DNA from: Candidatus Omnitrophota bacterium
GTDB lineage: Bacteria; Omnitrophota; Gorgyraeia; Gygaellales; Profunditerraquicolaceae
Direction: 5' to 3'
DNA: 64,000 nucleotides
NCBI GenBank assembly: GCA_026387435.1
Contig: JAPLLS010000093.1
Span: 1,059 to 65,058 of the forward strand
Shown: positions 47,501 to 56,500 of the stretch, in pieces
Position numbering within the stretch: the first letter of the stretch is position 1
Layout of the letters: the number at the start of each line of letters is the position of its first letter
Made by a program: the position numbers and the translations under genes
Notes under the pieces: model-generated
Seen by the model: only the letters and a program-made list of their open reading frames with translations
What the model was told of the DNA's origin: nothing
Database searches by the model: none

Positions 47501-50500
47501 AGATGGAAGGGCATGATGAGGAAATGGCGATACAAAAGACGCTGGCAATAGACGCGCCGCATATCATCAGCCTGCGCGAGCTCAAGCGCGCCTGCCGGAT
47601 GATCGCGGAGAATAACGGGAAGCTCAGCCGGGAGCAGAACCTGATCGAAGCGGTGATGTTTTATTACGGTTTCGCTTTCAAGGAGATCGGCGATCAAGAG
47701 CGGGTTGAGCGGTTTATCCGCAGGATCCTCGCCCCTTCGGCTCCGAAGTGGGAACCGCCGATCGCCATCGAGAAATTCGTCGCGTCAGGACACAGGGTGA
47801 TATGTCTGGTGCTGGATCCCGAAGGCGCAGACATGCAGGAATTGCGGAAGGCAATGAAGAATAACGAGATCGACAAGCTAAATATTGAACGGATAAATGG
47901 CTGGGTGCCCCTTGAAGTAGCCAAACAGGGTAAAATTGTCAACGCTGAAAAGGAATATCCGCGGCTTAGAGCCACTATTGAACAATTATTCGAGAATGAT
48001 TCTGAGTCTTTCGAGAAATCGATAGGATTTTTGATCACCTTAAAGAAGCAGAATAAACCTGATCAGGGAGTTGTTGTTAGCAATGAACTCGATCAGAAGC
48101 TCCAGGAGCTAAAATCGGCAGCGGAACAATGGGCCGGTTCAGGAAACAAGTTAGTTAAGCCCTGGGAGATGTTAGATATGATCGAAAAGGAGCAGCAGCG
48201 CAAGTCCGGAACAACGGTTGAAGTAATGGCGAAAGTCCTGGCAGGTAAGCCGCCGAGCATTTCGAAAGAATTTGCAAAAAAACTGCTGGAATTGCGGTCA
48301 AGGCCAGCGCGCACATCCGGAGTGGCTGAAGAAATCGAGAAAGAACTGAAGGAAACGCCGCCGCCGTTTGTTAGTTCGGGAACCAATGATATCCCGCTGC
48401 GTACAAGGTCCGTGAGAGAAGATATCAGGGATTGGGGGACCAATCCTGACCGGCCGATTGTTGCAAGGCCAGACATGAAATCAGATGAGTACGGGGTAAT
48501 GGTAATGGATGTTGATGGTACTTTAATCGGGTCGCGCTTATCGGGCGTGGCAGAAGATATTGAAAAAGAGTTAATTAAACTGATGCGTTCAGCTGTTGAA
48601 CCTGCTACCGGTGTTCCAGTGGATTGGAATCAAATAATGCTGAAATATTTGAAGGAGCCGGAGCCTCCGCTGGCGGAGTTCCAGGATAAGGGGTTGCAGT
48701 ATTATCTCGACTATTCGCTATTCAGGACGAAGGAGCCGACCCTGTTATCCATGGACGCGGTGAATGATCCTATGGCTCAGTTGCGCTCTGCAGCGGAAAA
48801 ACGCGGCCGGGTGGTTATCGAGAAGCTCAATACCAACCTGTTCACCGACGATTTCACCCTTTTCGGCGGATATATCCCGGACAGCGAGCGGGAAGCAGAA
48901 ACCGGCGAAGCCCAGCTGCGCTTGGCTGACGGAGCGATGTCGCGTTTCATCGCTCAGGCGGCCAAAGCCCGGGAAGAGGATAAAAACCTGCCTGAGGCAG
49001 AACGCCGGATATTCGTCCTGGCTTTCGAGAATTACCATTACCTGCGGCCGCAGATCGCGGTGGCGCTTAACGTGATCCTTCAGGAACGGGTGTATTATCC
49101 TCCGACAAGCACAGACAGGATAGAACTGCCGGATAACCTGCGTTTCTTCGCCACAGCGACCAATGAGGCGGAATTCAACCTGTCGCTGGCCGAGCAGTCA
49201 CGCTGGGCGAGGATATTCTTCCATAAGCCTAACGGGCCTGCTCCGCAGGCAGATAATGATCTGTACAGCTCAGCTGATCCTGGATTGGCGGGTATGCTGC
49301 CGACTGTAGCCGGCGGAGCAATGCCATACGATAACGATTCGATTAGCGCAAAGGATCTGATGAGAATGGCGAGAGTAGATGTAGAAGGTATGTTGGTAAA
49401 CAAGCCCTCACGGCCGCCTTCTGACAGCGGTTCAATGACCACCGCCGGCGGTGCTATGCTGGATATCCTCACCTCAGCGTCTGAGCTGGCTGAAAAGTAT
49501 TTAAAGGATGCAGGTATTAAGATCAAGATCGAGGATAATGGTAAAATTACTTTGCCGGAGTTGAGGGAGATGAAATACAAGAGGCTAGGTTCCCTGGAAG
49601 AAAAACTTAAGGGGGCGGATGATAAGGAAATCTCCAGCTTTGCTCAAGATGACCTTGTGCCGCGTTTCACCGCCGACCCAAAGCTTGAGCAGTTGATCGA
49701 GGACTATTGCCGGGAATTTCCTGCGGTGGACAAGGAGGAGGTCCGGGTCGCGGCAGAAGCAGTTGCCAAAAAGAAGGGCCCGGGTGAGGAGCCGGTTACT
49801 ATAAAAGAAGTACAGTATACCAGCGCGGAAGAATTGCGCAACGCCTACAAGATTGAACCTTTCGAGCGCCAGCACGAGCCATTGGCAGAAGAGGAGTTGA
49901 TGGTCCCCACTAATGAACTTCTGCGCCAGGAAAGCATGATGGTCAACGCCATGAACCGGGGCCAGGTGATCATCTGCGAAGGCGAGCCGGGCGGAGGAAA
50001 AACGGACATGGGCATCGACATCGCCGAACGCCTCGGACTTGATTCCTATATTTATTCCGGCCATGCCGGAGCGCATTTGCGCGATTTTATCGGCGCCTAT
50101 ACCAAAGACGAGAAAGGCAGGTTCGTTCTGACCTGCCTGCCGGATAAGGACGGACATTTCAAGGTGCCGTTCTTGGAATTCTACACTCACGGCGGAGTTT
50201 ATACTTTCGACGAAGGCGCGCTGGGTAAATATCCCCAGGCTTTGATCAGCTGGCTGACCGGGATCGCCCGCGGGGAGCAGGAGTTGGTGATCAATGAGCA
50301 TCCCGGCCAGGAGCCATTGCGGCTCAAGCGGCATAAACATTTCCATATCGTCATTACTACTAACCCTGTTGATGAGACTCCGGGAAGAGAATCGATCTCC
50401 GTTGAAGTCCTCAAAGCGGCGCGCCGGATCTGGGTGGAGAACAAACTTAGCGACGCCTCGTACCAGGCGATCCTGGACCGTTTTTACGATTTTTACTCCC

Positions 50501-53500
50501 GTCAGAGCAAGGTAGAGCTGATTGCTGACCGCGACGGCCTGATCGGACTTAATATCGCTTTGCACAAACTGATGCAGAAGTTCGTGAGCGATGAAGTCAC
50601 CCTCGAGAATCCCGAACGCCACCTGTTGACCATGCGCGACATGCGCGGATGGGTCAAGGCGTTCATGAGCGAGTTGGGCAAAGGCGTTTTGCTTGAGGAA
50701 GCGTTCATGACGCCGTTCGAGCTTTTTTACCTGAAGCAATTCAGCCCTGAGGCATATGCGCTGGCGAGGGAACAGGTTGATAGCCTGCTGCTGAATCAGG
50801 AGATCGCCAAGGTGTTCAACAAAAAAGCATTAAAAGAAAGTAATGGGCGGCCATTGAAATACGCGGCAGCCGAAACGATCAGGACAACCCCCTCAAAGAC
50901 AATCAAGTCGGGGTCGGCCGGAAATGTCAAAGCTCAGGCCAATGAACAAAGCCTTATCGCGCATGAATGGACGGGGGAACTAAAGGTAAGCAAAGAAGAT
51001 GCGGTTATGACTGATGAGCGCCTGAAATCTCTCCAGGAATTAGTGGCTAGTCTGAGTTTTCCCGAGTCTTCTGTGCATTTCCACTACGGGGATATGGCAA
51101 TCCTGAAGGGCGCCTCTGGAGAAGATGTGTTCGTGTACACAGAAGCAGGATCGATCATGATTTTAAGAAAGAATTCCGCGGGCAGATTTGAGCGGACTGA
51201 AATCAAGAATTCGTTGCAAGGATCCGGTCGCTCTTTTAACGCGTTTCTCAATGAAAGAGGTTTGCTTACTGTCGTAACCAAGGAGTTTGATAGTGACAAG
51301 ATCACCCTGACCAGGGAAATGGAGCCGGATGTTTTTAGATCCAAGACTATCCAGGTAAACGGCATCGATCATTTTGGCCTTAGCTTTAAGGCGATTCAGG
51401 ATCTTCAGGGCAAGTTGGTTTTTGCCGACACCAACGAGCAAAAGAGCGTGATTACTCTATGCCGGGAGAGGGACAATTTTATTCCTAAAGACCTGATGTT
51501 CTCAGGGCATGATCTTTGCCGCAGGATAGATCTCCTGGAAGACGCGCAAGGAAAGTTGACAATAGCCGTTTCCGGCGAAGATACGCTGGCGATCATGCAG
51601 GAGAAGAACCCGGATGAGTTTGAGGTCAGGGAGCTCCGGAAGTCAACCCTTTCCAACGGCCAAGTCCAGCTGATGCGAGATAAAGAAAGCAAACTGATCA
51701 TTGCTGCCGTCGGAATGTTAAGCGGTACAGGCCCCAAGGATCCCCTTCCGGAGAAGAAAGACGGGCTCACTATCTTGCGGGAAGAGGATGATCAGACTTT
51801 CTCGGAAAGCCGGTTGGAAGGGAAAATTTACGGCAGTTTTGACGCGATGACGGACGAAGAAGGGTTTTTGTCGATAGTTTCATATAATCCGGAAAGACAT
51901 AGCCAAGCGGGGAAGGAAGAGTTGTATAATTCTCCTGAGATTGCTCTCTTGAAAGAGGTCTCGCTTGATGAATTTACCCGGAAGATTATGAAAAGGCCGG
52001 AAGAAAAAACGGTGACCAATAAAGTCAATATATTCAGGGATCAAGATGGCAGCGTGTCATTTGTTTCCGGGCACGTTGGCTATATCAACATCTGGAAAGA
52101 CGATGAGGCGCAGTTTACGGCATTTGGCGCGGCCGACCCGGCCCGGGCTAAGCCGAAGAAGTTCGCCAGCTCCGAAGTAGTTAAGCATACAAGTGGCCCC
52201 ATTGCGACGAAGAACATCGGCGCCTTAGAGGTGAGCGATGTTAAAGATTATTCCGCCGGGGAGCTGAAAACAAAGACAGTCGAAGCGGTCAGCGCGGTCG
52301 GTAAAGTTGAAAATATGAGCTCGAGCGTCTTGCGAGAACTGAAGTTTGAGTTAAGGATCGAGGAGTATCCGAATTTTTCCGGAGATAAGATCAGGGTGGT
52401 CCGGGATGAACAAGGGCTTTTGACCATTGTCACCATTTCTTCCGCGGATATCGCGATCTGGCGGCAGAACGCCGAAGGCGGCTTCGAGGTCTCGATGGTA
52501 AAAGGCGCGCAGGACAATTGGGGCACGCAGATGAGAGTTGTTCCGGGCAGCGACGGGTTGCTTTACATTGTTACCGAAGCTGAAAAAGACGATGGGTTGA
52601 AAGTGTGGCAGGAGATCGAAAAAAATAAGTTCCGGATCACGATCTTGCCGCGCCCCGCTTCAGGCAGAGGATTCGACGCATTTTCTGACGACAAGGGAGG
52701 GCTGACTATTGTCAACAGCCATTCCAGGGCCCAAGATGAAGATTCGATCAAGAACGGGGATTCTACCTTTGATATCTGGGAAATCCATAAAGACGGCTCG
52801 TGTGCCCTGCGCCAGGGGGTGTTGCCTGCAGTTCCAACTCGAAAGAAGGTGTTTTTGCTGTGGGCGGGCAGGGATCCTTCAGGCCGCTTGCAGTTCATGT
52901 GTGACGATCCGGCAAACTCGAATGATATTCTTATTTGCACCGAGGTTCAGAAAGATCGTTTTAGTATCGAGTTATTGAGGGCGGGGAATGAGGATATTCT
53001 GCTTGCTAAGGGAGCGTTCCGGGATGGAGCGGGAAAACTAAATATTTTTGGCCGTATGTCAAAGCAGGGGCCGGTGTTATTCGACCAGACCGAGCAGGGG
53101 AAATTCGTCCAGACAGTATTAGATATGCCTCTGTTTGGGGCGAGTGTCGCGGTGACTAAAAACAGCTGGGGTTTGTATTCGCTGGGGGTGAATAGTAAGG
53201 AGTACGAATCCAGCATAGGTATCGAGTCCAAGGTGAGCCTGATTGCCCAGGGGCAAGACAAAGAATTCCGGGTCAAAAAATTCAGGTTAAGGGAAAATTT
53301 CGACGAAATTATTGCTTTCGTCGATGAAGAAGGATACAGCACGTTCGTGTCAAGCCATGAGGGAGTGATCAGGATCTGGAAAGACGATGAGGAACGGTTC
53401 AAGAAAGCGCCTGAGCCATTGCCGGATGAGCAGGAAGAATTCGTCGATAAGGGGTTGACCATCGGATCTGAGGAACAGGTTAAGGCTGATCTGTCCAGGG

Positions 53501-56500
53501 TCTTCGAATACGGAGCGCACGGTTTGCTGCTTTTGGAACCGGGTGCGCGGGAACATCAGATTATCAGGGAATTCGGAAAAGAAAACGGCTACCAGTTGCT
53601 TCATCTTGAAAGCGTTCCGGAAATGACCGATATGGAGATCATCGGAGGGCTCTTCCCGATACTGGAGGATGAGCCGCGGGATAACGGCAGGGAATTCCGC
53701 GTCAAGCCGGGATTCCTCAGCCGCCACCTGGTGCCCGAGGAACAGCGCAACGAGCCGGGCAAAAAGAAGCTGCTGATTTTGCATAATATCGACGCTCTTC
53801 CGGAGCGGGTCCGCGCGGCGCTGAATAATTTCCTGATCAAGGGTTACTTGGAGATCAAGGATGATTCGGGCAGGAGCAAAAGGTATTATCTGCCTTCCGG
53901 CACGGACATCGTCGCGACGATATCCTCAAAAAGCCAGCGGGAATTTTCATCCGCGTTCTTCAACAGGTTCGTCAAAATTTATGTGCCATCGATAAAAGTA
54001 TTCCACCGGGGTTTTTCCGAACTGCTCCAGTTATTGATGTTCCAGTGCGGTCTTTCGGAATACGAAGCGCGCCAGCTGCAGAAGATCTATATCATGGTCA
54101 AGGCTCTGGAAGAAGGCGGCCAGTTCTGGCCTTCGGGGACCGATTATAATTTCACGGCCAAGGACGCGCTGCTCTTAGGAGAATTCGTCAGGCTGGCCAG
54201 GCAGGAAGCAGGCGGACAACTGGGCCGGAAAGACATGGAACGGTTGATCGTTCAGGAAGCGCTGCGCGCCTACGGTGGCCGGCTCTGCGAGCATGAAGAG
54301 GATTATACTAATTTTGTCGATTTGATCCTTAAGAATATTTTCGATCACGAAGTGGTAGAGGAGCTTTCCGGTGAGGTTTTGATGGAAGAAGGCCGACTGC
54401 TCGCTCTTTCGGGAGTGAATCTTCCCGCGGGAAGCCGCGGCTTGGCCTGGGATAAGACCGATCCGCGCTACCGCTTGACCCTGGTGCCGACGATCACCCG
54501 GACGATGTCCGGGATCCTGCGCGGATGGCAGGCGGGCAGGATGGTCAGCATTGTCGGCGAGACCGGGGTGGCCAAGACCACGATGGGTGTTTTTCTTTCC
54601 CAATTGCTGTTCGGAGCGTCAAACGGCATGGAGCATTATTACATCTACTCGACCCACGGCGAATCCAAGGCCAGGGACATGACCGTTCAGCTGCGCATGA
54701 ACCGCGAAGGGGCATTCCGCTTGGAGATGCAGGAATTCCTCAAGCGGGTCAAAGCCGGCAACCAGGTGATAATAGTCGACGAAGCGAACATGCGCCCGGA
54801 AATGCTCTGGGTGCTCAACGGCATTGCCCGCGGTGAGAAAGAGGTAAGCGTGGAGATCCCCGGTGAAGAGCCGTTTACCGTCGAGATTGGCGACAATGTC
54901 TATATCCTTCTGACTATGAACCCGGAGAGTTACACTGACCGCGGAGAGGTCCCGGGAGTGCTTCTGGAGAATGTTTTCCGGCTCTGGGCACCGGCACGTT
55001 ACGCTCAAGATGAGGTCATCCGGATCCTGAATGATCTTATCGACGCCTCCCAGCAGGCGGCGGTTTCCAAACGGTTATCGTTAATACAGGCGCGGTCAAC
55101 GCTTTCCGGAGCGGCGGCGCTGGTGACCCTTGAGGATTTTATCAAGCGCGTCGATGAGATAGGCTTCGATAATGCGCTGGAAGAACGCACGATCAAAGAA
55201 TTGCGCAAGCTGGAGAGGGATATCCTGGCCATGGAAAGCGTGCGAAAGAAGATGAACAAGGTGCGCTCCGGTGTGGCGGTCGCCGTTCCTAAAACCCGGA
55301 TCATCTTCTCGATCCTGACCTGGTGGGGTTCGACCGACGACCGCACGACCATCATCGTTCCGCTGCACGAGCTGGCCAATTCCAAGCGCACTCCCGAGAC
55401 GATCATCGGGATCGTCCTGCATGAGGCGCGCCATCAGCTTTATTCGCTTTCTCACCCGGAAATGGAAAAAGTCGCGGAGCCCGAACATTTGCAGATCGTA
55501 AAAAAAGAAGAATTCCACAATTTCTGGAACGGCTTGGAGGATGTGCGCATAAATTATATCAACGATCCGGTAATGGCCGGGGAACGCGCTTATATCAAGG
55601 CCTCGCTTGATGAGATGTGTAAGGATCTGACCCAGGAGCAGATCTCCGAGATGGTAAAGAACTATGAGTTCGAGATGGACAATATCTTCTTATTTGAGCT
55701 GGTTTTTTACGGAAGGACAGGCCGCTACCGGAATTCATTCGCCTCCCTTCCTGAGCCGATGCAGCAGGCGCTTAGATCGGTCATCGAGAAAAACGGCGCG
55801 GAACAATCATTGCTTGATCAGGTTACGAACAACGAGCAGGTCCTGCCGGATATGGCCGGGATACAGCAGGGGAAAAAGGATTTTGCCCAGGAGCGTTTGC
55901 GCTCGGGAAAGGTTTCGCTGGGCGCGATGTGCGCGAAGATCTGGCCAATATACGAGAAACTATTGAAGCAGGCCGATGAAAACCGCGAGAAAGCCGGCAA
56001 GAAAAAAGAGGGCAAAGGCGGGCGCGGCAAGGGAGGGGGTAAAGGTAGTGGCGGGCAAAGAGACGGAATGCCGTCATTCGGAAGGATTAGTCGGGAAGAA
56101 TTGGAGGATCTGATCGAAAATACTCCTCTTGGCGCGCTGCCTGAATCGCTGAGGGGCGGCCGGTCCGGCGGCAGACCCGGGAGAGGTAATCCAGCCGGCC
56201 AGGATGATGCCGGGGGTGGCGAGGGATCGGAAGGGGACGGATCCGAGGGAGATAATAACGACGATAACCAGTCAGGGCGGCCGAATTTCATGAATGACGA
56301 AGACCGCGACAAGGACGCGGATAATGATCTGGATAGAAAGATCAATGAGGCCAAGAATAAGCGTACGGAAGAGATGAAGAAAAATGAACCGTTAAATTAC
56401 GCTTTAAGCAATATTCCGGCGGCCAGTAAGCGGCTTGCCGACGGACTGGTGCAGCTGTTCCGCGTCCCGGACGAGCCGGATATAGAGGAGTCTCCTTCAG

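Noticed and set aside
48496-48530. HAD phosphatase domain inside giant protein 1
   Set aside because: Only motif I (DVDGT) is visible; motifs II-IV were not found, so it is not called as a domain
49585-50739. 384-aa minus-strand ORF and other long antisense ORFs within the giant gene (e.g. 46429-47127, 55818-56354)
   Set aside because: Shadow frames of a motif-rich plus-strand gene, with no recognisable domains; no evidence they are immunity genes
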